From assembly GCA_965112155.1 (NCBI GenBank), contig OZ218107.1: 64,000 nt of DNA. One strand, written 5' to 3'. How positions within the stretch are numbered: position 1 is the stretch's first letter; every line of letters starts with the position of its first letter. A program made the position numbers and the translations under genes. The stretch is from Podarcis liolepis (taxonomy: Eukaryota). The notes below the pieces were generated by a model. That model made no database searches, was not told the DNA's origin, and saw only the letters and a list, made by a program, of their open reading frames with translations. This document shows positions 1-14,113 of the stretch, piece by piece.

Positions 1-605
1 AGGCAAAAATCCATCACTTCTGTTACTGGATGTTAATGGATCACAAGGCTCAGCAGACACTGAGCTGCAAGAGCATGCTTTTCACTGGCATCCTTGTGAG
101 CAAGATAACCTAGACGTGAAAGTCTTCATGGGCTCCCGCATACAGGCATGCAAAGTGCCACATAAATAGGCAGGGCCCCTCGTTGCCCAGGATGGAGAGA
201 CCGAGGGAGCAGAAGTGAAAAGAGCAGCTAAACTGGCAAAGCGATCCAGTTGCTTGACCCAGAAATATATATATTTCTTCATTCATCCCGTTGCTCAGAG
301 TGGTTGCCTGGCAACAGCAGCAGCACCGCTATCCATGTGTGCACGGCTTATTTTGAGCATCTGCAGGCTGGCCTGCCCTGTAGAGAGGGCAGAGAGATCC
401 ATCTCTTCAAAATCAAATACAAAGTATGTGATCGGCCTCACATATGACAATCCCCCTGCCCGTGCCCAAATGTGTTGGTGAGAGGAGATGGATGTAATTA
501 TACGAAAAGGCCAAGGTAAATAGACTGAGCTATTTATTCCCTAACTCTTTGATCTGAGGTTACATTTTGTTTTATTTATTAAATTTGTATAATGCCCTCT
601 ACCCA

Positions 606-928
606 AGCGGGTGGCGCTGTGCTCTAAACCACAGAGCCTAGGGCTTGCCGATCGGAAGGTCGGCGGCTCAAATCCCCGCGACAGGGTGAGCTCCCGTTGT
701 TCGGTCCCAGCTCCTGCCCACCTAGCAGTTTGAAAGCGCGTCAAAGTGCAAGTAGATAAATAGGTACCACTCTGGCGGAAAGGTAAACGGCATTTCCATG
801 CACTGCTCTGGTTCGCCAGAAGCGGCTTAGTCATGCTGGCCAGCTCCCTTGGCCAGTACAGCGAGATGAGCACTGCAACCCCAGAGTCGTATGTGGCTAG
901 ACCTAACAGTCAGGGGTACCTTTATATT
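606..928 (+). mobile_element. Sauria SINE inserted into an L2 3' tail remnant
   Basis: tRNA-like head gcgggtggcgctgtg, core gcaagtagataaataggtac, ACCTTT-type tail; TSD taccca (600-605 / 929-934). Confidence 0.9.
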
Positions 929-1142
929 TACCCATAGATCTCAGGGCGGTCCAGACACCTTTTTTTCAAGTTTATATTCTTTTGCACATCATGGGAAATC
1001 TTATACGATGCTTCATATATGATTAGTGCCCTGAGAACTTGACGCAATGTTTATTTTGTTAGATTTCTCACCATCCTCATTTCACCATAAGGTCTCAGAG
1101 TGGGTTGCCACAATAAAATATCCGATGATACAACAAATGCAT

Positions 1143-1210
1143 GATTCCTGCACTGCAGGGGGTGGACTAGAAGATCCTTAGGGTCCCTTCCAACTCTAAA
1201 ATGATTCTGT
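1143..1210 (+). mobile_element. Short CR1 3' tail
   Basis: gattcctgcactgcagggggtggactag...ggtcccttccaactct. Confidence 0.75.
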
Positions 1211-1869
1211 AGAAAAGAGTAAAAAAAAAACAAAAAAACAGTTCCTTATATAAAACAATTACATGCATACACAGAACACAGACATTTAAAAATGATTCCA
1301 ATTAATAGAATAGGTCCAATACAGATGCAGACTGGGATAATGATCTCCATTTAAGAGACCTGTTGAAAGGAGAAGGTTTTCAATAGGTTCTGAAAAGACA
1401 AGAGAGACAATGTCCTGCCTCATGTGGAATGGAGGCAAATTCTTCTATCAACCTGCCCATAGGATGAGATCAAGTTAGACTCTCCTTCAGATAGCTCTGT
1501 CACCCTGGGAGGGTTGTAAACTGAGGTGGGGGCAGAACCAATCCAGCTTAGGGTGCTGGGCATGTGTAGAATCACACTCGCCCACAGGAACATTCCTCCC
1601 TTGACCCAGAGCCATGGCGCATGTACTGCCCAGTTGCATTGCAGTGCAGGTTGCATTGAATAAAATATTTGGGGGTCTGCATAATTGAACGCATTATGCA
1701 GTGCACACACGCCATTTGAAAGTTAATTCTCATCAACTTTTGGGGGGGGAACAGCATCCACAAACATTTTATTGGGGAGCTGGCCCCTATGTTGCAATGG
1801 TTCCAGTCGTATTTACTGGCTCACTAAAACAGTATTGGCAGGCTGCTGTTTGGACCTACCTGTTGGGTC

Positions 1870-2512
1870 CTACAAGGTTCCGTCTTGCTCCCCAAGGCAT
1901 TCAACATCTATGTGAAACCACTGGGAGGCATCACCCTGGGATTAGGAGTGCAGTCCCACCAACAGGCAGGTGATACCCAGCTCTTGTTTCCCCATTCCAT
2001 CTGAATCAGTGGAGGCTATACAAGTGCTGGAAAAGCATCTGGAATGAGCAATGGGCTGGATGAGAACCAATAAATGGATGCCGACTCCTTACAAAATGGA
2101 GGTGCTATGGCTCAGCAGTTCCCCAAGTCTAGAAACTGTGGAAATTCCCAATCTTTATGGGGTAGCACTCATCCTGAAAGAGAAGGTCCATATCTTGAAG
2201 GTGTTCCTTGATGCCGCTGGAGGGCCCATGTGGCTTCAGTGGTGAAGAATGCCTAGGCCCAGCTTTGGCTGGCTACAGCTGAAATAGTTTGGCCTCTGTT
2301 ACCCATGCACAGTTAGCCTCTAGTACAGACTACTGCAATGCACTCTACATGGGGCTACCCTTGAGAATGGTTCAGAAGCTGCTGCCGATACAGAATGCCA
2401 TTGCTCAGTTGTTGTGCCAAAGCAGGGATAGGGGATCATGGCACCTCAATCCTCAAAACACTGTACTAGCCGTCAGTGAGCTACTGGGGCCACTTCTGGG
2501 AAACTCTGTTTA
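1870..2512 (+). mobile_element. Decayed L2 LINE reverse transcriptase fragment
   Basis: Remnants of the FNIY(M)KPLG and YADDTQ regions, WMRTNK, DYCNALYMGLPL. Confidence 0.8.
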
Positions 2513-2520
2513 GTTTAAAC

Positions 2521-2684
2521 CAGGAGTGGGAAACTTGTGGGCCACAAGACATTGCTGAATTACAAGCCCTATAATCCCTGTTGGCCTTCTTGAGAGATGC
2601 AGGCCAGCTAGTGTGGCCTGTGGTCAGGGATTATGGGAGTTGTAGTCCAACAATATTTGAAGGGCCACACGTTTCCCTCGCTTG
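2521..2684. mobile_element. hAT-type hairpin MITE (actacaactcccatcatccctg family)
   Basis: 8-bp TSD gtttaaac/atttaaac; CAGG..(C/T)TG ends; related copies near 20670, 21845, 23560, 30920, 38757, 40190, 55660 and 56858. Confidence 0.8.
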
Positions 2685-3459
2685 ATTTAAACCATGGTTT
2701 GTTCTAACAGGCCAGGATCAAATGGTAGTTTATGATCCTAGCATATCAATAAACTCAAATTTACAGCAACCTAATCCACACAGCAGATTATTCATGGTCC
2801 AGCTTTCCTCCTCTTCACTCACAAACAGCTTTTAAAGCGTTCATAATTGTGTTCCTATCTTTTTCGTGTTTCAAAAAAACCCTCACCAGATTTCATTTAT
2901 ATTCCACATTTATACAACATTCCACATGAGGAGATGGAAGGGCGAAATTTGCATCCCATTATTGCCACAGCAGAAGACGTTACGATGAACAGGAGTGTGC
3001 ATGAGTTTAAAAATAGATCGAAGCTTTAGTATGGTCTACCCATCGCTTAAGGAAACAGATGATTAGCATCCTCTGCTGGATGGCGGAGGACAGTGCAGAA
3101 TACTGAAGTGGAAATGTGCTTAACAAAGGGACATTGTGGTGTAAAATGTCAGAAACGCCAGTACTTCCATACCAACAAAATATGAAACTGGTGAATTTCT
3201 GCCTGTCACACAATGGTTAGATGTGATCAAGCACAATTCAGTTTCAAGATACAGGTTTTGCTGCCTTAAACTGAATTTAGCTTCACTTACTTAAGGCTTT
3301 CACACAAATGTCACAGAATTTAAAGGCATTTTAGACGTTTCGGCATTACAAGTACAAAACACAAATTACAGCTAAAAAATCTCACCTTAGAAACATATTG
3401 CAATTGAACTTTTAATAATCCAATTTGCATTTAAGGAAAAAAAAAAAGCCCAGGCCACG

Positions 3460-3645
3460 TGGAACGTGTTCAGTAGTAGAGCCTGTGTTTTGCATGCAGC
3501 AGCTCCCAGGTTCAAGGCCTTGTAGCTCCAGGCAGGGCTGGGAGAGAGCCCTGCCTTAAACCCTGAAGAGCTGCTGCCAGACAGTGTGGACACTACTGGG
3601 CTAGATGAACCAATGCGCCTGACTCTGTATAAGCAGCTTCCTGCG
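3460..3645 (+). mobile_element. Squam3-like tRNA-derived SINE
   Basis: A-box-like ttcagtagtagagc, B-box-like ggttcaaggcc, body ending gcagcttcct; weaker copies near 47060-47240 (-) and 54550-54705 (+). Confidence 0.7.
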
Positions 3646-4126
3646 TTGCTTTCTGTTGCAGAGTGTAAAGGGAATTGGGGTTGCTTGTGCGTAGATGTAA
3701 CTGATGCTCTAGGCAACGTTCCCTGGCTAAACCTTTCCCTAGCTGGACAGCCCTTTCTCCGTGGCTGTGTCAGTCACTGGCAGAATCCGTCAGTGGGCGT
3801 TTCCTGAACTTCCTCCAACATAAAAACTCCTTGACACCAAGTCTCCGCCTAGACTCCCTGCGCGGAAGTCTCCTGCGCAGAGTGGGTGTGGCCAGTGGAG
3901 GTCCTGGACTCTCCCCGCTGGTCTCTGTGGAAGAGTCCTGGAGCCCTCTCTCCGAAGTCCTTCCCTGCTCCCCTTTCTCCCAGGTGTCACGCTGATTTCC
4001 TTCCCCAAAGGAAGTGTTCTCTCTCCTTCTGCTGGTTCCTTCTCCCGCATCATTGGGGAGCCTTACCTCCACTCTTGGCTCCGATGGCAGTTCCCTGACA
4101 CAGAGCTTGAACATGCTAGTGATTAG

Positions 4127-4517
4127 TGAAGAATGGATGAGGGAGCTGGGTATGTTTAGCCTGGACAAAAGAGGAGACCGAGAGGAGATAGGATAGCCAT
4201 CTTCAAATATCCCAAGGGTTGTCACACGGAAGATGGAGCAAGCATGTGTTTTCCTGCTCCAGAGGCTAGGACCCAAACCAATGGATTGAAATTCCAAAAA
4301 AGGAGATTCCAACTAAACATCAGGAAGTACTTTCTGATGGCAACAGCTCTTTTTGACAGTGGGATGGACTCCCTCAGAAGGTGCTGGACCCTCCTTCTCC
4401 GGAGGTTTTAAAGCTATCTGTCATGGATGCTTTGGTTGAGATTCCTGCATCACAGTGGGTTGGATTAGATGACCCCTAGGGTCCCCTTCCAACTCAACAA
4501 TTCTGTGATTCTATGAT
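4127..4517 (+). mobile_element. CR1 LINE 3' fragment
   Basis: Residual EEWMRELGMFSLDKR; ends in attctgtgattctatgatt tail. Confidence 0.9.
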
Positions 4518-5207
4518 TACACTCTTCCTGGAAAATGGGATCATATGTGCGGTTGGGGGGGGGACAGGGAGAAGAGCACCGTGTGTTTCTTCCATAAGCC
4601 CCCAGGTCTCCTGCCATTCTCTTTATAATGGAGGAAGACAGAGATTTGGGAAGCTGTCTTATATCATCAGACACACAGGGAAAGAATGCCACACCAAAAG
4701 AGAGATAAGCTGGGGGCGAGGGGACTTGGGGGGCAGGGGGCAGGGAGAGGAAAAATAATGATCAAATATTGAAAAACCAACGTTTTTAAGATTCAAAATG
4801 CCCACATGCTTTGGTGCAATGACATATTCAGGAGGACTAAAAGAGATAAACGATACTTTCAAGATATTCACCATTACAAGAAAAATACTCATTATACTGA
4901 CCGATCTTAACAAACATGCAACATTAAGAACAGTCAAGTTTCTTTGCTTCCCCTGCAGAGGAGTCAGGATTGTAAAGGGCATATGACATTCTATTTCCCC
5001 CCCGGACAAAGGAATATTGATTGTTGCCTGCTGTCTAATTGTTAATGTTCTTAATGAATTGGTTATAATGGCTGGCCGCTTTATTGCACTGACATTAAGA
5101 GGACAAGACAGATTCTAGTCTATGTGGTTCCTGCTAGCCTGCTAAAGGAGCTGCCACACGTTCACCGGCTGATTATGTAGTACAGACATGGGAAACCTGC
5201 AGCCCCA

Positions 5208-5685
5208 CAGATGAGGGATTTTAGTTTAGAGAAAAGGTGGCTAAGGGGGAGACATGGGAAGGGTTGTGTAAAACTATTCATGGCCTCTAGGAAGCAAGCA
5301 GAGAGAGAGAGAGCAGAGAAAAATGGAAGCTGACTGTTGGAAGATTTGGGACAGACAAAAGAATATACTTCATACAGTACAGTAGCGAAGCTGTGAAATT
5401 CATTTCCACATGATGCAGCGATGGCCAACGACTTGGGCAGCTTATAAAACAGCCACGGACCACTTCATGGAGAACAAGTCTCTCAATGGCTCCTAGCTAG
5501 GATGGCTATGTTCTGCTTCCACTGTCAAGAGTCAGTACGTATATGAATCCTGTTTTTTGGAAACCACAAGTTCTGAGTGTGCTCTTGCACTCAGGTTACC
5601 CTTACAGGCTTCTCGTGGTCATCTGGCTGGGCTTTGTAAGAAGAAGATGCTGGGCTTGATAGGCTTTTGGTTTGATCTTATCTTC
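5208..5685 (+). mobile_element. Older CR1-type LINE 3' fragment
   Basis: Degenerate GIFSLEKRWLRG-type end of ORF2 followed by a 3' UTR that recurs near 47260-47410 (+) and 37255-37405 (-). Confidence 0.65.
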
Positions 5686-6359
5686 CCCAGGTAATATTGG
5701 CTGCCACTTTACTGCCAGGGTCAAGCAAATGGAAGGTCAGTGAAAGGACTTTTTGCGTGTTTCAATTTGTTTTCCGATTGAAAGATGGGAAAAGCCTGAG
5801 CCTTATCACCCATGATCAGAGTTCAGAAGAGACAGCCTCCACCCACATATCCCTAATATTACTTGTATTAATTGTAGGTGCTTTGGGAGGTCAATTTTGA
5901 CTATAAAAGGGAGAGGGGATAGAATAAACTAAATATTAAAATTGAGAATCCCAGTGGATAAAGACAGACAGAATACATAGAAATCATTTATCATTCCTAG
6001 CCTATCAATCATAACTGACTAGGACACTGAACAAAATAGGAAATGAGAAAACAAGGTATCACATATCAATTACAACTTCTCTACGATCTCCAACATTTTC
6101 TTCTTCTCAGAAAAGGCAGCCATTCTATTGGGCAGGACAGATATTAAAAACTGTACCTAACACAGGCTCAAGCTTCATCACATGCTGTTTCCAAGACTTT
6201 TAGAGGAAACTAAAAGCAAGCCTAAGGCTGCAATCCTGTTCTCACTTACCTGGCTGTTAGTCCCATTAAACTCAATAAAACTTACTCAGATACATATAGG
6301 ATAGCGATCCCACCCATGCCAGTTAAAAGACTAGCAGACGATGCGGTGACTTAAAACAG

Positions 6360-6365
6360 TTTAAT
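6360..6365 (-). terminator. Candidate distal polyadenylation signal ATTAAA
   Basis: Minus strand reads ...ttacATTAAActgttttaagtCA, with a CA 13 nt downstream; TE-rich sequence resumes beyond it. Confidence 0.55.
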
Positions 6366-6517
6366 GTAATTCCAAGACAAAGTGTGATTACATTTCTACA
6401 CATATACAATATGCATATGTGAGTTTACAAATTCTGATTAATAACTCGTTTCACCTCAGAGACCGAAAAAATGATCAAAAAGAAACTGTGAATAACAAGC
6501 TATAACATAGTTCACCA

Positions 6518-6694
6518 NNNNNNNNNNNNNNNNNNNNNNNNNNNNNNNNNNNNNNNNNNNNNNNNNNNNNNNNNNNNNNNNNNNNNNNNNNNNNNNNNNN
6601 NNNNNNNNNNNNNNNNNNNNNNNNNNNNNNNNNNNNNNNNNNNNNNNNNNNNNNNNNNNNNNNNNNNNNNNNNNNNNNNNNNNNNNNNNNNNNN
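6518..6694. other. Assembly gap (177 N)
   Basis: Run of N. Confidence 1.
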
Positions 6695-9600
6695 AAGCAC
6701 ACAACGTCATGATGAGAAACACAAGCATTTTTTTTCTTTTTTTTAGTAGCAAGAACTTGATTGGTTAAGAATTAGTTTTCTTGTAAAACATTCTAAAGCC
6801 AAGTAAAATATCCATTCTTATAACATACCTATAATATGAGACTAAGGAATAGGTTACATATAGTTCTACAACACGTCAGTTTCTTTTCTGGGTTTTTTTT
6901 TCCCCCAAAAGACATTACCAGAAGAAAACAAAACAGAAAAATAACAAAAGTGGGAGGAAAGAAAGGAAACAAAGGGGACAATTCACAGAAAAGGAAAAGA
7001 AAAGAAAAGAAACAATACACAAGAAAATACGGTTGCACACAATAATTTTCACAAAGTTTTAACATGGATTAACACTCAATACGGAACCGTACAGTGAAAG
7101 AAGACAACCAACCAGGGCTTTCATGGGTTTTTTGAACTGAGATGATACTGTATCTAGAAAAGCAAAACAAAAGCCTTACAAATATAAATCAGGTGAAAGG
7201 GTGGGGAGGTGTCTTTCTGCGTTGGAATATATTTCAATAATTTTGCCCCCCCCCCCAATTTTTTCCCCCATGTAGTATGTGTTTTTCATTCAATTCAAAG
7301 CATACTTGGTTTATGGGAAATTAAGAGGCATAAAACATCCCTTCAACTATGGGTTAAAAGAGTCCATATATTCACAAATACCTTCCCCAATTTTTATTTT
7401 AACTACCACAAAAAGACTCTAACGGCCAATATATCCCCTTTCTTCCTCCCCTTTCTAATAAAGCTATTATTTCCCCCTCTTTTGAAAGAAAAAAAAATAC
7501 TGATTTTGGTATAGAATTTTCAGATTATACATTCCAATTCTGTCTGTGTAAAAATTTGGCACTGGGAAATGCCTAGCTTTATATTTTTAACTTCGCTGGT
7601 AAAGCACAAGGGATGAGGAGGTGTTTTCTGCACCTCAGATAGCCGTGCTGTGGAATAGCCGAGGGAAATACCACCTCAGAAAGGGGGAAAAATTCCCAAA
7701 ATGTATAGAGGAAAAGGGAGAAGTGCTGCTTGCTACCACCCCAAAGTGAAAGCAGGGACAGCTGCATTTCCCTTTCTGAGGAGACGGCTATGTTAAAAAC
7801 TCCTTTGTGCTTTACAGACTCCAAGCCCAGGGTTTGGAAAGACAATCTATAGCCCTTTCAGTGGGGTTATGGTGATATTTCCACGACTAGTGTTGATATA
7901 AAAGGGGAAATGAGTGGTTGCTAAGGGCGGTAAAAGAGTTATTTTTTGTTAACCGTGCCCAAGGGCTAGGGAATCCCAACCTCTTCCAGTTTTCTTGAGG
8001 TCTAAAATCCTAACAGGCTTCCCATTAGGCTTTCAAAATGGCGGCACAGCCACATGCCAAGTTCACTTTGGTAATGTGAGCTATACTGTGGAAACCATGG
8101 CTTTAAATTGGCTGAAGGGGCCGGGGGGCTCCCCCCTGAATCCAGTGGGAGCAGAGATTTTAACAAGGACCTAAAAAGAATCTGTTCCTCGCCTTTTCCT
8201 TGCAACTCCTTAATCTGCCAGTGCTGAACAAATGTTAGGAACTTTGCTGAGATTGTCAGCTCCACAATGAAGCCCAGCTGTTTGGATAAAGTCGTTTTTG
8301 TGCCAGTTCCTGTATATTTATTGTCTAAAAACACCTCTCTGCCCAGCAGAACGTTTCCATTCATTGGTTACTCGGACAGTAAGAAAAAGAAATCCTCACA
8401 CGTCAAACAAACATAAGTAGGACTCGACGAGAAAAATGAAAGCAAAAGACCATTTGCGTCCAAACACATAATTCGCGACAGCTGGTAATATGAAAACAAA
8501 ACAGCATCCGATAAACTGTCATTGGCTAATAGGCAAATTAAATTTACAAGGTACTGGTCAAGTTCTTCATATTTAGCTTAGGGGGTTCCAAGTGACAAAT
8601 GAGATAGACTGCATGATTACAGAATTATACAGCACTGCCTGTCATTGTTTCTCAAAACAATCCAAGGATTTGTTGTCTCAGTACTTGAGGACTTAATCAC
8701 AGGTTTCCCAGCTGTGAGACATGTGCATGAGTTGCTGGTAGCTAGTCCTGCATTTTATGATTTCCATGGATACAGCTGCCAATTGATCAACCCTGGGGGC
8801 GTTGGGAGAGGCATACCTAGTGCGGGGCTTCCAAAAATTTTCTGGGACAGGTAAATGCATAATGCACCTGTGATCCACGATTGCCATTTCTAAGCAGACA
8901 GTTCTGCTTCCCATGATTATAATGCTGGCGAGCTCGCAGCATTACCCATCTGTGTATTCACGAGCTCCAAGCCACTCGCTATACAATACGCTGCTTGCTT
9001 TGAATACTTGGTTCTCACAATAGCTATGTCTGTTCAGGTTAAGATTTCAGCGGTTAGAATCCCACGCTTTACTCAGAAGCAAGTCACAATGTGTTTGTTG
9101 GGGCTTACTCCTTGGTAAGTGTGTTTAGGATGGGAGCCTAAAGGAAAGAGCTAGCTGGGAATTATTGTGCTTCCTGATTCGTCCCCAAGAGCTTCAATTA
9201 TTATTATTTTCTTCCTTCTTAATTAAAAAATAAATAGGTCATTTGTTGGGCTTTAGTTGTTAATATGTACGGAGTGATTTGCTCCTCTTAACTTTGGAAT
9301 TATCTGGTCTGACCTTCTACCTACTATGTTATATCTCAGAACAGAATGTACACATTGAAGACACAGTTCTACTTAAAAGAGAGAGAGAGCGCGCAAAAAA
9401 TTAAAATGTTAAAGGGACAGCAGTGTTGAGATTCTGAAGGTATAATTAAAACAGAACATTTAGTTAGAAAGTACCAGTTTCAATGTAAACTATAAAACAT
9501 CGTAACTATAAAATGCAACCAGAAAATGTTTAGTAGCCACAGTCGGTTGTTCAGTTCATATTGGTTTAAAATGTGATTCATTACATATCTTCGAGAAGGT

Positions 9601-10322
9601 CGAAGCACTTTACAGTAGCAATGAACATATATAATTACATGTGCATTTCAATATCACAATTAATTAAAATACATAAAAGAGTAATTTAATCCTTGGTTTC
9701 ATTGTTTTATTTTTAAAGAATCACTCAAAGCAACAATGACCAGGGTGGGCATTTTAATATATACCGGTATCTATATTTAATCCCAAATTCAAGCTGGCTA
9801 CATGTTTGTTTGTTTTTATTTTTAAAGGCTAAAACCAAGATGAATGCCCATGTTTGAGGTAATTATTGCCATTAGGTCACAGTTTTTTTTGTAAGAGAAA
9901 TATTTTAATCCTTCTTTATTTATAAAACAAAGTGTTGATCAAAATTCTGGAATCCTTGTTGAACCAACTGGGATCCAGAATCCGGATCAGGTGGGTTTGC
10001 TTCCAATGGAGTCAGTGAGCTCTAGAAAGTTAGAAACATCTAGAACACAGAGAGTCTACTCTAGAACCATAGCAAAGAAGCAAAAAGGAAAAATACAAAA
10101 AGTAGTGTTAAAAAAAATAATAAAGATGGATGGCAAATGCATATATTTTCTAATAGAAATTCCAGACCAAAGTATTTCAAATTTCCTCAAAATGTACTGG
10201 CTTTTTAAAAAGTTCTGTTATTATTAGCTCCACCCCAGCACCTTTAGTTCTTAGCTTTGTCCTGAAAGTAAGACATTTCATTTGCTTTCAGCAGTGTTGC
10301 CCCACCTCTTTCATGACAGACA

Positions 10323-10377
10323 GAAGGAAGGAAGGAAGGAAGGAAGGAAGGAGAGAGAGAGAGAGAGAGAGAGAGAG
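10323..10377. repeat. (GAAG)n(GA)n compound microsatellite
   Basis: Seen directly. Confidence 0.95.
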
Positions 10378-11780
10378 GCCTATGGGTACCATTCACACAC
10401 AGATATTTGTGCGAACTGGCATGGAACTTCCCCTACAGATGAAGAGTTAGACTAGAGATGCCACGATTTCTATCAGTGCAGTAAAAACATCACATTTGGG
10501 GGGGGGGGGAAATGCTTTTAGTATTGCCTTTCTTGGTTTAACTACATTAAGCAAAAGATTAATATACATCTTTTCTTTTCTTAATATGCACACAAAAGTC
10601 TGGTATAGCAGCACTGCTAAAACTGGAAGGACAATACTAACCCGTACATAAGAAACGAGAGTTTCACTCTTATTTGCTATATTCAGAAAAAACAGGCTAT
10701 CGGCGGCTCCTGACAACTTCTGCTAATTGCCCACTCAAAATGACACACTTGCTACATATGTTTCCTTCTCCTATAAGAGCTTTCCCCCCGTTTTGTTTGT
10801 TTACATTCAGTGGTATTATTATTCTTCCGCTGGCCCAGCTTGGCAAATCCTGCAAAATTCACAGGCACCTAACGCCCTGCAAATACATAAATATCCCTGT
10901 GTGGTTATTCCCACACACCACCGAGTAAGAACGGGGGGGAAGTATCTGCAGACGCAAGCTAAATTCTTCAGCCGACTGATACGAATCCAACCCTTACGAC
11001 GACAATGATTTAAAGAAAAGCTACAACACGATCCAGCCACCGAGTGTGATGGTAGAACAGAGCAGCATACCCAAAAGGGCCATTTCCCAATGATCTCTCA
11101 CCATGGCCCGGTACTAGAGCAGCAGAAGTCAGCTTTGCCTGACGGGAAATATTGCATAAGTGACCTGGAACTCAACAACGCAATATATAATGTCACTATT
11201 GTACAGAGTTGGATGCGGGGTACCTTGCTCTATCTGATTGACACTTCTGCGTCAAGAAGGTCTTAGCTTATGAACCAGGTGTTTTATACAGTAAGATAAG
11301 ACAACAGTAAGACAATGAGAACTGGAAGTGTGGCTCAAGAGTGCCTAGTCCTCCCTTTCTCCCACTGCAGGCGCAAAGACCAATAGTGTGTAGGAACTGA
11401 ACAAAAACCAGACACAGGAAGGGGCAGAGAATGCCACCTGCCCCATACCAGCATTTATGAACCTGGTGCCTTGGTGATGACCCACAGCTCCTATCAGCCC
11501 CCAAATAGGGGGCATCTCTAGAGATGGATTATCTTTACCAGCACTGGCACAAAACTTCACCTAGTCACAGTAAGGTTTGCACATCAGCAGCAGCAAATAG
11601 GACCGAATTCTCCCAAGCAAACTTCTTCAGACGCAGTATGTTAAATAAAAATGTTAAAAGTGTGACAAACATGGAAGAACAGAAAGGAAAAAATGGTACT
11701 CCGTAGCGTGTCTTGTCCAAAAAGTCACAACATGTGCCTGGGGAACTTTGAATGGGCAGAGACATACTCTAAGGTACATA

Positions 11781-11796
11781 TTTATTCATATTTATT
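11781..11796 (-). terminator. Tandem AATAAA hexamers, candidate proximal poly(A) site
   Basis: tttatt at 11781-11786 and 11791-11796 on the plus strand. Confidence 0.35.
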
Positions 11797-13812
11797 AATT
11801 TTTTTCTTTGGTTAAAGAAAGGCGTGGTTTTAAATTTTCCTTCAAGTTTGGTAAACCATAATTTATTTCAAGCCAAATTCTGAGGTATAGTGCCTTAAGA
11901 ATACAGAAAACAATGGATGGGAGACAGAAGCATTCCTTCATTGGCCTGTGAGCTAATATGAAGGGGAGGGTGGTTAGATGAAACTATTAGTCATCATGTT
12001 AAGTACAGGGCCAAATTCACTGAAACTGGAAGAAGTTCAAAACAATGGCGTTTAGGTTGCAGTCCTATACCCACTTACTTGGGAATACGTCCTATTGAAC
12101 TTAAATGAATTTACCTCTTTTGAGTAGACATGTATAGGATTGTGCTGTCAGCTGATAAAAGATTTAGGGGAGAAATTACCCAGGTCTCCAATGACATTGC
12201 TTCCATTCATTAAGCAAGCAGTTCCTTCATTGCATACTGTCATTTGGAACAGTACAAACTGTTAAGTTTTGCAAAATAAAAATAATCTCTGCCTCCTTCC
12301 TACGTGAGGAAACTGCTACGGGTAAAGGCTTATTATATCACTGTGTTAACATGAAAATGTACACTTTTAGCGGGCAGCAACCTACTCTATTTTACAGGCT
12401 GCTTCCTTCCAAAGTTCACACTACATTAAACCATTTCTTCTTTGAGGCGCTGCAATTTTACTATGCACTCCTATATACCCCTACACGGAAGAAAGCCCCA
12501 TGGAGTTCAATGGGACTTTCTTCCACATTAGTGTACCTAGGATTTCAGCCATGATTTCACCTAGATGCCAGTACTGCTACACCATTGTTATTAAACAGTC
12601 ACTTCCTCTCATGGGTTTTAACCAGACGTCTTCATGGATCCACAAAAAGCCTCCAAAGGACATGCCCCAAACAGCAATATTTCCTTCTCACTCCCTTCTT
12701 TCCAGTTGACTCCAGCAAACTAAAAATAAAATAAAAATAAAAACACCAGCACCTTACTATGATTGTGTTTTGTTTTTTTAAAAAAAAGGTCCAGAAAAGC
12801 ACTGTTTGCATCTCTGCCTGTAGAAGAAACTCACAGTTCTCCTTTAGTACTGCAAATGTCAATTTCATCTATGGATGCTTGATTTAGCTACTTCCTCATT
12901 CACTCTGGCCTCTAAACTAATCCACCCTCTGACCAGGCTGGGATTTACAGTCAGTCCTTTTTCCAACCTAGCTTGAGAAAAACACACAACTGCACAGTCT
13001 ATGAATTTGTTGCCGCTACATCCGAAGCCCTTCAGTCTCCTGTTGTATAAAATCAGAACCATTTTATAGTGAAAAAGAGAGCTGCGTGCACAAATATCAA
13101 AAACAAAGCAAAATACACAACTAAAACATTTCAGTCTATGTAATTAAAACCAATCCTTTCTTGCCACAAACCAGTCAATCACTTGCATTCCTGATAAACC
13201 AATGGAGATGAATTAATCAAGTATGGCGTAATGGTGCTCTTGAAGAAGATGCTCTGCAAAAAAACCCCCATGTTGTAGAAGGGAATCAACATTCTCAGTT
13301 GAGTGTTAAAAAAGAGAATAGGATGGAGGTTCTTAAAAATATAAATACCATCTTTGTGTACAACTAGCAAAACTGTAAAACATCACAAGTATCAATAAGA
13401 ATTAATTACGATCAGAAAGCATTAGGCCCTTAGGGAAGGAGGATATGCAAACTATTTTTGCCACACAATCAAGCTTTTAATTTTGAGCAATGATCAAGGA
13501 GAGAACAGACAACCATACCTAAGACTCAGTTTCTGAATTTTTCAGTTTTCAACAGCTCTGGTCACCGAACCATGCACTTTCTTTAACTGGCACCATAAAT
13601 ATCATCACACTTGGGTGAAACTGCAGAACCGCCTCACTGAATTTCTTAAAGTGGAAAACTTAACTACAAATACTCACACCTTCAGCTGATTACAGGACTG
13701 TAAAGCATTCTCTGAGTGGTGCAGCCAGAACAGGATTTTGGGGCAGAAGTCTAGGATCCCACTCCCAGAATGAGCAGGAAGGCCCCCAAATGCAGCAAGC
13801 CGTATCACATTA

Positions 13813-14053
13813 CAATCATACATTGGAAGTCGAACGGAATCTGTTCCGGAAGTCCGTTTGACTTCCAAAACGTTCGGAAACCAAAGGGTGGCTTCTGATT
13901 GGCTGCAGGAAGCTCCTACAGCCAATCGGAAGCCGCGCCGGACGTTCGGCTTCTGAAAATCATTCGAAAAACGGAACACTCACTTCTGGGTTTCGATCAT
14001 TCAGGAGCCAATTTGTTTGGGAGCCAAGGCGTTTGAGATCCAAGGTGCGACTG
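13813..14053. mobile_element. Tc1/pogo-type MITE, family A, in the 3' UTR
   Basis: TA target duplication; TIR ca(a)tcatacattgg / ccaaggtgcgactg; similar to the 33750 and 46814 copies. Confidence 0.85.
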
Positions 14054-14113
14054 TATAAAATAAGTGACCTTAACACATGCTACCATCTCAAGACGAGGCC
14101 CCACAAGACCTTT

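Noticed and set aside
541-873. Recurrent similar ORFs (also 27360, 53032, 62289) that look like a gene family
   Set aside because: They are translations of Sauria SINE copies
3770-4312. 180-aa minus-strand ORF
   Set aside because: Partly antisense to a CR1 fragment, non-ATG start, no protein family features
6456-6752. ORFs spanning the N run
   Set aside because: Assembly gap artefacts
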